Shown here: positions 51,653 to 61,616 of the stretch, one piece after another | How the letters are laid out: each line of letters opens with the position of its first letter | How positions within the stretch are numbered: the stretch's first letter is position 1 | DNA from: Thiotrichales bacterium | Lineage (GTDB): Bacteria > Pseudomonadota > Gammaproteobacteria > Francisellales > CACEW01 | Direction of reading: 5' to 3' | NCBI GenBank assembly: GCA_947476405.1 | Contig: CANJQG010000004.1 | Coordinates: 12,085 to 76,084 of the forward strand | DNA: 64,000 bases | The notes under the pieces: model-generated | The model's input: only the letters and a program-made list of their open reading frames with translations | Database searches by the model: none | Told to the model about the DNA's origin: nothing | Made by a program: the position numbers and the translations under genes

Positions 51653-52684
51653 ATGAAAACTCAAGACCTTCGCATTAAAAGCATCAAGCCCTTGATCTCA
51701 CCGGCATTACTGATTGAAGAATTGCCCCTATCTGATCCACTCGCAATTCAGATTCATCAGGATCGTCAGGCTGTGGCGGATATTATTCAGGGAAAAGATT
51801 CCCGCCTTTTGGTTATTGTAGGTCCCTGCTCTATTCATGACCCTCAATCAGCTTTGGAATATGCGGATCGCCTGGCTGTTTTAGCTAAAAAACTGCAAAA
51901 AAAACTAATGATCGTCATGCGCGTTTATTTTGAAAAACCACGCACGACCGTGGGCTGGAAAGGATTGATTAATGATCCGTATTTGAATGACAGCTATCAA
52001 ATCAATCAAGGCTTGCGAATTGCACGCCATCTCTTATTGGATATTGCTCATAAAGGCCTACCCATTGCAGTGGAATTTTTGGACACCATCTCCCCTCAAT
52101 ATGTGGCGGATTTAGTCAGCTGGGGAGCGATCGGCGCACGAACAACAGAAAGTCAAATTCATCGCGAACTGGCCTCGGGTTTATCCATGCCGATTGGCTT
52201 CAAAAATGCGACTTCCGGTGATATTGATATTGCTTTAGACGCGGTGAAAGCAGCCAGTCATCCTCATAGCTTTTTGGGCGTGACCAGTCAAGGCTTATCA
52301 GCCATTGTGATGACCGCAGGCAACTTAGATACACATATTGTCTTACGTGGCGGAAAAAGTGGCCCCAATTATGACTTAGCGTCATTACAAGCAATGATCA
52401 AAGCACAGGAAGCCCGTCAGATCAAAACAGGTTTGATTGTCGATGCAAGCCATGCAAACAGCCAAAAAGATTATAAGCGGCAGATCGAGGTGCTAGAATC
52501 TGTATTGCAAACCAAACAAAGTCATCCCGAATTACCCATTGTAGGGGTCATGATTGAAAGTCACCTTATAGAAGGACGTCAAGATTTAAAGCCAGGCCAG
52601 ACTTTAGAATATGGTCAAAGTATCACAGACGCCTGTTTAGGCTGGGAGCAAACCGAGGCTATTTTGAATAAACTAGGAGCTTGA
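51653..52684 (+). CDS. 3-deoxy-7-phosphoheptulonate (DAHP) synthase, class I
   Basis: IVGPCSIHD, FEKPRTTVGWKGLINDP, WGAIGARTTESQIHRELASGLS, DASHANS. The isozyme (Phe/Tyr/Trp-sensitive) cannot be decided from sequence. Confidence 0.92.
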   Translation: MKTQDLRIKSIKPLISPALLIEELPLSDPLAIQIHQDRQAVADIIQGKDSRLLVIVGPCSIHDPQSALEYADRLAVLAKKLQKKLMIVMRVYFEKPRTTVGWKGLINDPYLNDSYQINQGLRIARHLLLDIAHKGLPIAVEFLDTISPQYVADLVSWGAIGARTTESQIHRELASGLSMPIGFKNATSGDIDIALDAVKAASHPHSFLGVTSQGLSAIVMTAGNLDTHIVLRGGKSGPNYDLASLQAMIKAQEARQIKTGLIVDASHANSQKDYKRQIEVLESVLQTKQSHPELPIVGVMIESHLIEGRQDLKPGQTLEYGQSITDACLGWEQTEAILNKLGA

Positions 52685-52685
52685 A

Positions 52686-52958
52686 ATGCGCGACCTGCCT
52701 GAAATCCGAATGGAAATAGATCAAATTAATGAAGATTTACTGGCCTTGTTAAATCGTCGAGCCAGCCTAGCCTTAGAAGTTAAGACAGCCAAAATCGCAT
52801 CGGGAATGCATCTAGATGATTATTACTGCCCAGAACGGGAGCAGCATATTCTTGAAGACCTCATCAAAAAAAATAAAGGCCCTTTGCAGGATTCTGATAT
52901 AAAAATTATTTTTCAAGCGGTAATGACTTGTTCTCTTGCATTACAACGCCGAGCATAA
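52686..52958 (+). CDS. Chorismate mutase (monofunctional AroQ type)
   Basis: A 90-aa helical protein. LPEIRMEIDQINEDLLALLNRRASLALEV is the AroQ helix-1 motif. Confidence 0.8.
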   Translation: MRDLPEIRMEIDQINEDLLALLNRRASLALEVKTAKIASGMHLDDYYCPEREQHILEDLIKKNKGPLQDSDIKIIFQAVMTCSLALQRRA

Positions 52959-52960
52959 TC

Positions 52961-53767
52961 ATGCTTCATTTTGGAAAAGTCATCATTGTAGGCCATGGAT
53001 TAATAGGCGGGTCTTTGGCATTGGATATTAAACGTCTCAAGCTTGCAGACCATATCATCACTTATGATTTGCTTAACACTGATTCTGTCCTGATTTCTGC
53101 TGTTCCTGAAACAGACTTAATTATATTTGCAACACCGGTGGAAGCCATTCCTGATTTGGTTCGCACCTGCAAGCCCCATTTGAAAAAACACACTATTTTA
53201 ATGGATGTGGCCAGCACTAAATCCAATCTCATCTTACAATTGACGTCTATTTTAGGCTCTCAAATTGATCAATTTGTTTTTACACATCCTATTGCAGGTA
53301 AAGCAAAGTCCGGATATTCAGAAGCTGAAGTGGGGCTTTTTAACGCAAGGCCCGTCATTATCATCCCTTTAGCTGAGACCCAACCTGCCCTACTCGAACA
53401 GATTCGTCAATTTTGGCAGCTGATCGGCGCAGAGGTGACCCTCATGACGGATACCCAACATGATGCTTTTTATGGGCGTTATAGCCATCTTTCAAATCTA
53501 TTAGCTTATGTTTTAAAGGCACAGCTTAGCGATGCAGATCAAGCCTATTCGCATTTGCTCCCCCCTAGCTTTAAAGCGATGACCCGTCTGGCAGACTCCT
53601 CTCCCGAGATGTGGCGTGATATTTGCATCAGCAATCAGACTGAGATTTTAAAAGCCATTCATTATTTTCAATCCGCGCTCACCCAGCTTGAGTCTTTGAT
53701 TCAAAAAGGAGACCCGCAGGCATTATTAAATCACCTACATAACGCGCATGCAAATATCTCTCTCTAA
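52961..53767 (+). CDS. tyrA: Prephenate (or arogenate) dehydrogenase
   Basis: Rossmann motif VIIVGHGLIGGSLA, DVASTK, FTHPIAGK (catalytic His). ATG 52961 lies 2 nt after the chorismate mutase stop. Confidence 0.85.
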   Translation: MLHFGKVIIVGHGLIGGSLALDIKRLKLADHIITYDLLNTDSVLISAVPETDLIIFATPVEAIPDLVRTCKPHLKKHTILMDVASTKSNLILQLTSILGSQIDQFVFTHPIAGKAKSGYSEAEVGLFNARPVIIIPLAETQPALLEQIRQFWQLIGAEVTLMTDTQHDAFYGRYSHLSNLLAYVLKAQLSDADQAYSHLLPPSFKAMTRLADSSPEMWRDICISNQTEILKAIHYFQSALTQLESLIQKGDPQALLNHLHNAHANISL

Positions 53768-53862
53768 TAAAACAGTTTAATTGTTTTACACTGCATGATC
53801 TAATACTAAGAAACAAGAACTACTTAAGTTTAAAAGTAGCAAACTAAAAAAGGAGAGTACGC

Positions 53863-54252
53863 GTGAATATATTGATGAGCCACTATAAAGAGACCTATAA
53901 TGTTACGCAAGGCAATGCTTTGACAAAAGTAAAAGCGGTGATTATGCATCATTCTGCTGAATGGGAACTCAATGCCGATGCACTCCTCACTGATTTACTG
54001 GATGATCTGCAAATCACTGCAGATGATGTCGTAGATTTCTTGTCAACGATGTGCGATCAAGGCGAAGGAAACGAAGCCTTTCAATCTGCTGTCCGCTCCT
54101 TACAAATTTCACAAAGAAGATCTTATTTACAAGCGATGAAAAAAGAGGGTTCCGATCGGTTTGATATACAAAACCCCGCAGAAGAAGAGGGTGACCTATA
54201 TCAAATGCCGATGCACGCTTTTAATATAGAGGATTATTTAAGCTTAAGATAA
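53863..54252 (+). CDS. Hypothetical acidic protein (129 aa)
   Basis: ORF preceded by AGGAGAG. GTG 53863 or ATG 53875 start. No motif recognised. Confidence 0.5.
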   Translation: MNILMSHYKETYNVTQGNALTKVKAVIMHHSAEWELNADALLTDLLDDLQITADDVVDFLSTMCDQGEGNEAFQSAVRSLQISQRRSYLQAMKKEGSDRFDIQNPAEEEGDLYQMPMHAFNIEDYLSLR

Positions 54253-54255
54253 GAT

Positions 54256-54277
54256 GACACGAATCAAGTGTCGTTTT
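54256..54277 (+). terminator. Weak intrinsic-terminator-like hairpin
   Basis: GACAC-gaatcaa-GTGTC followed by GTTTT, 4 nt after the stop of the 129-aa ORF. Confidence 0.3.
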
Positions 54278-54300
54278 AAAGTTTAAAGCGGGGCAGGGTA

Positions 54301-56037
54301 TTATGAAAAACTTGCTGAAGAATGAAGCTGCGCATACACGCCATCATGCTCTAGCAATGCTTGATGGCTACCTTGCTCCACAATTCGCCCTTGATCCAAA
54401 ACGACAATTAAGTCAGCTTTTTCAATGGTTGAAAGACGATGCGCAATCACTAGAATGGTCCGGTTTTGACGAAGCACTTCTAAAGCTTGTTGTACCGCTC
54501 GTTCAGATTCATTATCCAAGGCGCTTGTGGCTTCATCTAGAATTAAAATGGGTGCATCTTTCAAAATTGCTCGCGCAATGGCAAGACGTTGGCGCTGTCC
54601 ACCTGATAAATTATAGCCATTTTCACCGACTAAGGTTTTCAAACCCTGAGGCATTTTTTCGACAAACTCCCAGGCATGTGCGGCCTTCAGCGCTTGAATG
54701 ACCGCTTCTTCAGACGCTCCTTCTGTATCGCCATACGCGATATTATTATAAATTGAATCATCGAACAAACACACATGTTGCGATACCATTGCAAAATGCT
54801 GGCGCAGATTTTTTAATTTAAGATCTTGAATATTAACCTGATCAAGATAAATCACCCCTTCCGTCGCCTCATAAAAACGGGTCAGTAAGCTGATCAGTGT
54901 TGTTTTGCCTGAACCCGATCGCCCTACAAAAGCCACGGTTTTACCCGCAGGAATGTCCAAATTAATTTCTTTCAAAACTAGATCAGAATCCGCTTGATAA
55001 CGAAAGCTAATATTTTTGAGACACATTTGACCGCTGATTCTTCCCAATTCCTGTGTACCATGATCCTGCTCAGGCTCCTCATCCAATAATTCAAAAATGC
55101 CTTCTGCCGCAGCAAGCCCACGTTGAATACTGCTACTCACCTGACTTAAATCACGAATTGGCTTGAATGCAGCCAGCATCGCCGTCAACATGGAGATAAA
55201 ACTACCCGGACTCATGGCCGTCGGACGTAAGGCCAAATAAATGACTAAGGCCAAAATAAAGGAACAGAACAATTGAATAATTGGTGAATTTAAAGCATTC
55301 GTCAAGGTCACTTTCATTTCCTGAACAAAATTATAGGTTACATTATGGTTAAATTGGCGAATTTGCTGCGCTTCTCCACCAAAAATACGCACTTCACGAT
55401 AGCCGATGATACTTTCTTCTGCCGAATGCATGACATTCCCCATCGCATTTTGAATACGTCGGGAGAGCTTTCGAAAGCGTTGACTGACAAAACGCACAAA
55501 GCTCACCAAAAAAGGCAGTGCCAAAAATATCAAGAGTGTTAGATGCCAGCTATTCAGCAGCATCACGATAATTAAACCCAATAAAAAAAAACTCTGTTGC
55601 ACTAAAATTTGAAAAGTCGCACCCGTTGCTTGAATAATTTGATCAACATTATAAGTTAGTTTAGATAGGAGCCTGGCAGAAGCCGATTGATCAAAAAATT
55701 TCGCAGGCAAGCGCATGATATGTGAAAACATTTCCTGACGTAAAACCATGACAATTTTTTTACTCAAAAAGCCCATATAAAAAGAAGAGAAAAAACTGCC
55801 CACCCCTCGAACAATAAAAATACCAATAATAATGAACGGTAAAATGGCCATAAAATGAATGCTTTTATCAATAAAGCCTTTATCAAGCAACGGTTTAAAT
55901 AAATAAGTCGCATAGGCGTCAGAGGCCGCGCAAAAAATATTGCCCAAAGCTGCAACGATTACCGCCCCCCAGGAAGAGAGAAAATATTTTAAAACACGCT
56001 TATAAAGTACATAGTCTGTGGTATCTGCTTTTGCCAT
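54301..56037 (-). CDS. msbA: Lipid A export ATP-binding/permease protein MsbA
   Basis: N-terminal 6-TM exporter domain plus an ABC domain: Walker A GRSGSGKTT, signature LSGGQRQRLAIARA, Walker B ILILDEATSALD. 578 aa. Confidence 0.85.
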   Translation of the reverse strand: MAKADTTDYVLYKRVLKYFLSSWGAVIVAALGNIFCAASDAYATYLFKPLLDKGFIDKSIHFMAILPFIIIGIFIVRGVGSFFSSFYMGFLSKKIVMVLRQEMFSHIMRLPAKFFDQSASARLLSKLTYNVDQIIQATGATFQILVQQSFFLLGLIIVMLLNSWHLTLLIFLALPFLVSFVRFVSQRFRKLSRRIQNAMGNVMHSAEESIIGYREVRIFGGEAQQIRQFNHNVTYNFVQEMKVTLTNALNSPIIQLFCSFILALVIYLALRPTAMSPGSFISMLTAMLAAFKPIRDLSQVSSSIQRGLAAAEGIFELLDEEPEQDHGTQELGRISGQMCLKNISFRYQADSDLVLKEINLDIPAGKTVAFVGRSGSGKTTLISLLTRFYEATEGVIYLDQVNIQDLKLKNLRQHFAMVSQHVCLFDDSIYNNIAYGDTEGASEEAVIQALKAAHAWEFVEKMPQGLKTLVGENGYNLSGGQRQRLAIARAILKDAPILILDEATSALDNESERAVQQALEVLRQNRTILVIAHRLSTIEKADLIVVLDQGRIVEQGSHQALLEHDGVYAQLHSSASFS

Positions 56038-56157
56038 GGATTTGAAGTGACTGTTATGAAAAAGCTCATTCTAGTCTTGTCAGACCCAGAAGTCCAATTG
56101 CACTTCTGATCTCATCATGCGAAAATAGTGATTCCGCATCTCAAGGAGCGCATTTCA

Positions 56158-57528
56158 ATGAGTATACTCAGAAAATACCTAATGGGTTTGATTATTTTGA
56201 TTTTGGTTCTTTACACCGCGCTTGCATTATACCTAAAAATTTTAGCCACCCTCATGGTGGATCATGCCATGGATGCGATTAAAAAAACCGTGCCTGCAAT
56301 CAGTGAGATTCAATATGACCGGATTCATTTTTATCCCTATGATTTTTTTAATAAAACACTTCACATTGATCATTTAAATATTCGATTTAAAGACTCTAAT
56401 GTGACTTTGAAAATTGATCAAGTCACCCTTCATCATTTTATGAGTTTGCGTACTGATTCTTTTGGTTCTTTTGACTTATCCATGACTCACTTACAAATGA
56501 GCTCCCTACCTGATTTAGTTTCCATGTTATCGGCTTGGAATACCAATTTACCCGTCGCGATTCAGGGGATTTCACTTCCCAGCGGCATGAGCTTGACGCT
56601 CTCCGCAACTGCAAATTATGATGCACCCGCTCATACTCTACAGATTGCTTTGAATACACAGTCTGAACCGAATTTTTTAATCTTAAATGATCAAATCATA
56701 CTGAATCAAATTAACTTGAATCGATCCTTTTTTTCAAAAGCAAATTTCATTCAGGCCATGAATGCGGCAAGTATTGATCAAATCAATTATCATACTGATT
56801 TAACAATCAACTTACCCGTTTCTATTTTACAAAATAGCTTTCCTTTAGCTGGAAATTTTTTACAAAATTTAGGTTATACCACCCTCCCTATTTCACTACA
56901 GGCTGACACCCAATATCATGGGAATAATCATACTCAAACGGGGGATGCGCACCTTTCCATTCTGAATTTAGGACAATTCAATGCAAACTGGGATGTTTTG
57001 GTGACCACCCCGCCGTCTGCAGCCAATTTTGCACAATTACTCATCGATCCCAATGCACTGGCCCTGACCCAAGCGGAAAGCACGCCTAATCTGGTTCAAT
57101 CTGCACAGATCAGCTTTACGGATCAATCTTTTATGAATCGCTTTTTCCAATTTTTGGCGAGCAATACCAATCAATCCGTTGCCGCAGTGCAAAGTGCCAT
57201 TCAAACTGAACTCACGACAGTGACCCAAAATTTACAAATTCCACAACTGACTGCGATCGTCAACACCGTTAATAATTTTGTAGCCAATCCCTCTACTTTA
57301 GTCATTCGTGTCAATCCGATTATTCCCTTCACGCTCACTGATATCACCACCTTTTTCAATGCACAGCAAAGTTTGAAAATGGGCATTCAACAAACGCTCA
57401 GCACCACACCAGCCACCCAAAAGGCAGCGCTTTTCAATCATTACGAAAGTACCAGCATTGAAACCTATAGTAATTTTTTCAATAAAATAGGTCTCAATGT
57501 CAGTGCAGATGGAATTGCTTCCAGTTGA
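56158..57528 (+). CDS. Hypothetical N-terminally membrane-anchored, Asn/Gln/Thr-rich protein
   Basis: AGGAG precedes ATG 56158. One TM segment (LMGLIILILVLYTALALYL), then about 430 aa of polar, beta-rich sequence. Divergent from msbA. Confidence 0.65.
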   Translation: MSILRKYLMGLIILILVLYTALALYLKILATLMVDHAMDAIKKTVPAISEIQYDRIHFYPYDFFNKTLHIDHLNIRFKDSNVTLKIDQVTLHHFMSLRTDSFGSFDLSMTHLQMSSLPDLVSMLSAWNTNLPVAIQGISLPSGMSLTLSATANYDAPAHTLQIALNTQSEPNFLILNDQIILNQINLNRSFFSKANFIQAMNAASIDQINYHTDLTINLPVSILQNSFPLAGNFLQNLGYTTLPISLQADTQYHGNNHTQTGDAHLSILNLGQFNANWDVLVTTPPSAANFAQLLIDPNALALTQAESTPNLVQSAQISFTDQSFMNRFFQFLASNTNQSVAAVQSAIQTELTTVTQNLQIPQLTAIVNTVNNFVANPSTLVIRVNPIIPFTLTDITTFFNAQQSLKMGIQQTLSTTPATQKAALFNHYESTSIETYSNFFNKIGLNVSADGIASS

Positions 57529-57792
57529 TTAAAGGGAACGATAAACATCCTTACGGTGCGCGATATGGATTACCAAAATCCATAATTCTTGATCATTAAA
57601 AGCGTACACAACGCGATAATTTCCAATATGATAGCGCCACAATGCATTCTGTTTCTTTCCTTTCAATGGAGTGCCTTGTCGGGGGTCTTCAGCTAATTTT
57701 TTTTCAATTCCTTCTAAAATACGCGCTTGCTCCTGAATACCCATACGGCGCAAATCTTTTTCGACTGAAGTCTTGAATTTAATGTGATACAC
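57529..57792 (-). CDS. Type II toxin, RelE/ParE superfamily
   Basis: 87 aa. ...WRYHIGNYRVVYAFNDQELWILVIHIAHRKDVY is the typical RelE/StbE C-terminal pattern. Lies 4 nt downstream of the antitoxin. Confidence 0.85.
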   Translation of the reverse strand: MYHIKFKTSVEKDLRRMGIQEQARILEGIEKKLAEDPRQGTPLKGKKQNALWRYHIGNYRVVYAFNDQELWILVIHIAHRKDVYRSL

Positions 57793-57796
57793 CCTT

Positions 57797-58018
57797 TTAC
57801 TCCGATGCTAAACGACGCTTCATTTCGTTCATATCAATCAACTGATCGGCATGATCATTCAATCGATCGAGTGCAATATGATAATCGGCATAATCCTCTA
57901 CATAACGGCTAATCGCTTCTTGAATAATTTCAGATAGCTTGCGCTGACGATTTCCAGCAATATTTTCTAAAGAAAAATACAAATCGTCCTGAAGACGTGC
58001 TGATATGACGTGACTCAT
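57797..58018 (-). CDS. Type II antitoxin, ribbon-helix-helix (RelB/CopG-like)
   Basis: MSHVISARLQDDLYFSLENIA.....LSEIIQEAISRYV is an RHH fold pattern. Directly upstream of the toxin. Confidence 0.75.
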   Translation of the reverse strand: MSHVISARLQDDLYFSLENIAGNRQRKLSEIIQEAISRYVEDYADYHIALDRLNDHADQLIDMNEMKRRLASE

Positions 58019-58118
58019 GATGGCTCTCATTATTTGTATACAATGATTACATTATCATTCCATACAGGGGCAAAGTCAAGAAAATCAGTATCATTTGCCC
58101 CTCTCTGGAAATAGTAGA

Positions 58119-58679
58119 CTAAGATGAAGTCGTCATATTTACCAAAATAGCGCCAATGACTTTACCTTGATCCATAACCGGCACACCAATGGATCCATTG
58201 CCTGTTGCATCTTTAGCGGGTTTTCCATAATACACTGCAGAAGCGCCGTCTTTATTGATTTTTTTCATAAAACCCTGACCGTCTTCAGCATAGTGTTTTG
58301 CGTGATAGGTTTGGCCAATAATCAGACCTTTTTGATCCGTGACCAAAATTCCCGTATAGACGCCCTTGCTACCCGCCACCATCGATTGCAATTCTTGAGT
58401 CAGGGCACTGCCATTAACAGTCGTTAAAACAGCGCTAGGCTTACCTTGTAGACCTTCATGCCATTGACGACCCAATGTACGGATCTCGGTTTTGCTCAGG
58501 GTCGCGTGGGTACTATTTGCGGCATTGACCGCAGCAACGACACTCTGCTCCTGACTCAACGCCTGAACTTGCGGCAACAGCGCCTGCAATGCAGCCTTCG
58601 GTGCCGCCATGGCTTGTGTGCTCCACAATGCTAATAGGGCCAGGCCCAGCAGACTTTTTGGGGTATTTGATGCAAACAT
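58119..58679 (-). CDS. Periplasmic protein with signal peptide, possibly a single Cache/PDC-like fold
   Basis: Signal peptide LLGLALLALWSTQAMA/AP. The mature region (GILVTDQKGLIIGQT...GVPVMDQGKVIGAILV) resembles ligand-binding PDC folds. Tentative. Confidence 0.55.
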   Translation of the reverse strand: MFASNTPKSLLGLALLALWSTQAMAAPKAALQALLPQVQALSQEQSVVAAVNAANSTHATLSKTEIRTLGRQWHEGLQGKPSAVLTTVNGSALTQELQSMVAGSKGVYTGILVTDQKGLIIGQTYHAKHYAEDGQGFMKKINKDGASAVYYGKPAKDATGNGSIGVPVMDQGKVIGAILVNMTTSS

Positions 58680-58706
58680 TTTATCTCCTTATCTTCATTT
58701 TTAATA

Positions 58707-58740
58707 GACAGAGCAGAACTCAACCAAGCTCTGCTCTGTC
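58707..58740 (-). terminator. Perfect 10-bp hairpin downstream of the permease gene (no U-tract)
   Basis: GACAGAGCAG-N14-CTGCTCTGTC, read directly. Lies 52 nt below the permease stop. Confidence 0.35.
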
Positions 58741-58791
58741 ATCATAAGATAAGACTAAATATTATGCAAGCATTTTAGATTAAAAAATCGC

Positions 58792-60351
58792 TTACTTCTC
58801 TGCGCAAAAAAACGCGCCATACACATAGGTCACCGCAGACAATAAGACTAGCAAAAGCATGCTGCCGAATGTCGAAACCAGATTATGGCCTGAATCAGAA
58901 TGATTCCCTAAAAAAGTCACCAAGCTAATCCCCAGAATATAAAAAACCAGCCAGGATGCGCCCCGAAAGGATTTCAGAAAATGAGCAGTAGGATTATTTT
59001 TACGTTCATAATAAAAATAGAAACACAGGCCGGGGATAATTAAAATGAGCATTTCTCCCGTCAAAGGCCAGGCGGCATAAAACAACAAAGTCGATAAGAC
59101 AAAAAGCAATAAAGGGGCCAGAACATGCGCACCCGGCAAAATAAATTGGCCCGCACTTTTAAGAATTTCTTTATGTTTAATGCGATTGGCAATCGTGATA
59201 ATCGGCGCTGCAATGTATGAAAATACATGCAATACGGAGATCACCGCAACCAAATGGTACCACCCTCTAAACAAGAATAAATACAAACAACCAATGATCG
59301 CACTTGCCACCACGGCCTTGCGGGGATTTTTATAAATGGGATTAATGATACTCAAAAAAGCGGGAACATGTTTATTATCCGCCATCGAATACAAAATCCG
59401 TGAACTCGAAGCCATAAAGGCAGCACCACATGCAGTCGGTGAAATAACCGAACCTGCGTAAATAATGGTAACCATGATCTGCAAATTGGCAATCATCAAC
59501 AAATCAACATAAGGTGAACGCATATTAACATGTGCAAATCCTTGAGCCAACATCGAAGGACTAATTGCTCCGACAAACACAATCTGCAACAAGACATACA
59601 AGACTAACGCAATCAAAATACTAGCAATCACCGCAATCGGCAACATTCTTTTAGGATCTTTAATTTCCTCAGAAAAAGTCATCGGCGACTGAAATCCGTT
59701 AAAAGACATCACCACACCACAACTCACCACACTGATTAAGATCGACTTCAAGCCACCAGGCATAAATTCGGTATACGTATAGCCAAAATTAGACCGATGC
59801 AAGCCTAAATGAATCAACGCAATAATTGTCAAAGTAGGCACAATCACTTTAATCACTGTAAAAAAATTATTAAAGCGGGTAAAGATTTTTACGCTCCAAT
59901 AATTAATAAACATGAAGAAAAACATAAAGCCAACCGATGCGGCAATGCCCCATCCCGATAAATTATGCGATTGCATATTATAAAGTAACATCATCTTGGG
60001 ACTGAGCTGACTGATATACTGAACAATCCCCTGAGCCTCAATCGGTGCCACGGCAAGCACAGACAACCAGTTAATCCAAGAGGTTAGAAACCCACAAAAC
60101 CGTCCATGTGTCACATGCGCATAATAGCCAATTCCGCCCGCAGAAGGATTGGCACTTCCAATCTCCACATAAAACAAGCCCACCAACAAAGCCACAATCG
60201 CACCAAAAACCCAGGATAAAATCCCCGCTGGCCCTGCAATTTCAGCAATTTTCTGTGTTCCTAACAACCACCCTGAACCGACAATCGCTGTAACGCCTGT
60301 CATAGTCAGTGAGAAGAGGGACATATTCTTCTTAAAATGCGCTGTACTCAT
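58792..60351 (-). CDS. Amino-acid permease (APC superfamily)
   Basis: 519 aa, about 12-13 TM segments. N-terminal LTMTGVTAIVGSGWLLG is typical of APC transporters. Confidence 0.8.
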   Translation of the reverse strand: MSTAHFKKNMSLFSLTMTGVTAIVGSGWLLGTQKIAEIAGPAGILSWVFGAIVALLVGLFYVEIGSANPSAGGIGYYAHVTHGRFCGFLTSWINWLSVLAVAPIEAQGIVQYISQLSPKMMLLYNMQSHNLSGWGIAASVGFMFFFMFINYWSVKIFTRFNNFFTVIKVIVPTLTIIALIHLGLHRSNFGYTYTEFMPGGLKSILISVVSCGVVMSFNGFQSPMTFSEEIKDPKRMLPIAVIASILIALVLYVLLQIVFVGAISPSMLAQGFAHVNMRSPYVDLLMIANLQIMVTIIYAGSVISPTACGAAFMASSSRILYSMADNKHVPAFLSIINPIYKNPRKAVVASAIIGCLYLFLFRGWYHLVAVISVLHVFSYIAAPIITIANRIKHKEILKSAGQFILPGAHVLAPLLLFVLSTLLFYAAWPLTGEMLILIIPGLCFYFYYERKNNPTAHFLKSFRGASWLVFYILGISLVTFLGNHSDSGHNLVSTFGSMLLLVLLSAVTYVYGAFFCAEK

Positions 60352-60473
60352 TCAATATTCCTTTACTATTTTAAAATAAACGCCTAATTTACCTGATTCA
60401 TGCTTTTTTTGAAAGCATGGGATTGAATAGGGCTGTGTTTTTTAGTTATGGATCAAACATTAAATTATTATTT

Positions 60474-61523
60474 TCAAACTAAAGACGTCATATCAATCAC
60501 AAATCGATATTTCACATCGCTTTGAATCATCCGCTCATACGCAGCATTGATATCCTGCATCTGAATGATTTCAACATCCGAAACAATCTGATTCTGGCCA
60601 CAAAAATCTAACATTTCCTGCGTTTCCGCAATTCCCCCAATCAATGATCCCGCGATGGATTTACGGCCCAATACCAACGGGCCACAATTCACGGGTTCAA
60701 CCGGTTCAATCGCACCCACCATCACCATTGTCGCATCCCGTTTTAATAAATTGACATAGGGATTGAGATCATGACGCGTGGGAATCGTATTCAGCAAAAA
60801 ATCAAATTGATTGGCATATTCTTGCATCGCGACTACATCTGTAGACAAAAGGACTTGATCAGCCCCTAATGCTTTGGCATCTTGACCTTTACTGGCCGAA
60901 CGCGTAATCATCACGACTTTTGCACCCAATGCATGCGCAAATTTGATTCCCATATGGCCCAAGCCACCTAAACCAATCACCCCTACTAAATCTCCAGGCT
61001 TCACTTTCCAATGACGTAAAGGAGACCAGGTGGTAATACCTGCACACAATAAAGGCGCCACGGCTTTTGGGTCAAGATTTTTAGGAATGCTTAACACAAA
61101 ATCTTGATCTACAACAACCTGCTGCGAATACCCGCCATACGTCATCGTATTGTATTTTGGGTCTAAACTACTGTAAGTCATGACTTTATGCGCACAATAT
61201 TGCTCCAGCCCCTCATTGCAATGATCGCAGTTGCGGCAAGAATCAACCATGCATCCCACGCCCACCCAGTCACCCGCTTTATGACGGCTTACGTTTTGAC
61301 CTACTTTTGTGACACGACCGATAATCTCATGCCCAGGCACGACAGGATGCGTCGCAAAACCCCATTCATTTCGTGCCATATGAATATCTGAATGACACAC
61401 GCCACAATATTCAATTGCGATTTGTACATCGTCAAAACCCACTTCACGTCGCGTGATAGTCATGGGTTTCAGGGCCTCAGTTGGGGAGGGTGCCGCATAC
61501 GCAGAAACAATCGTCATACTCAT
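60474..61523 (-). CDS. Zn-dependent NAD(P) alcohol dehydrogenase, cinnamyl-ADH/YahK-like
   Basis: CGVCHSD, GHEIIGRV, structural-zinc cluster CRNCDHCNEGLEQYC, Rossmann motif GLGGLGHMG. Confidence 0.88.
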   Translation of the reverse strand: MSMTIVSAYAAPSPTEALKPMTITRREVGFDDVQIAIEYCGVCHSDIHMARNEWGFATHPVVPGHEIIGRVTKVGQNVSRHKAGDWVGVGCMVDSCRNCDHCNEGLEQYCAHKVMTYSSLDPKYNTMTYGGYSQQVVVDQDFVLSIPKNLDPKAVAPLLCAGITTWSPLRHWKVKPGDLVGVIGLGGLGHMGIKFAHALGAKVVMITRSASKGQDAKALGADQVLLSTDVVAMQEYANQFDFLLNTIPTRHDLNPYVNLLKRDATMVMVGAIEPVEPVNCGPLVLGRKSIAGSLIGGIAETQEMLDFCGQNQIVSDVEIIQMQDINAAYERMIQSDVKYRFVIDMTSLV

Positions 61524-61616
61524 AATTTCCTTTACAATGATTTTTCAGGATTGTACACCTAATGAATTATAAAATCTGCATTCCAATAAAATAAGCGTGA
61601 ATTTAGACAAAAATGC

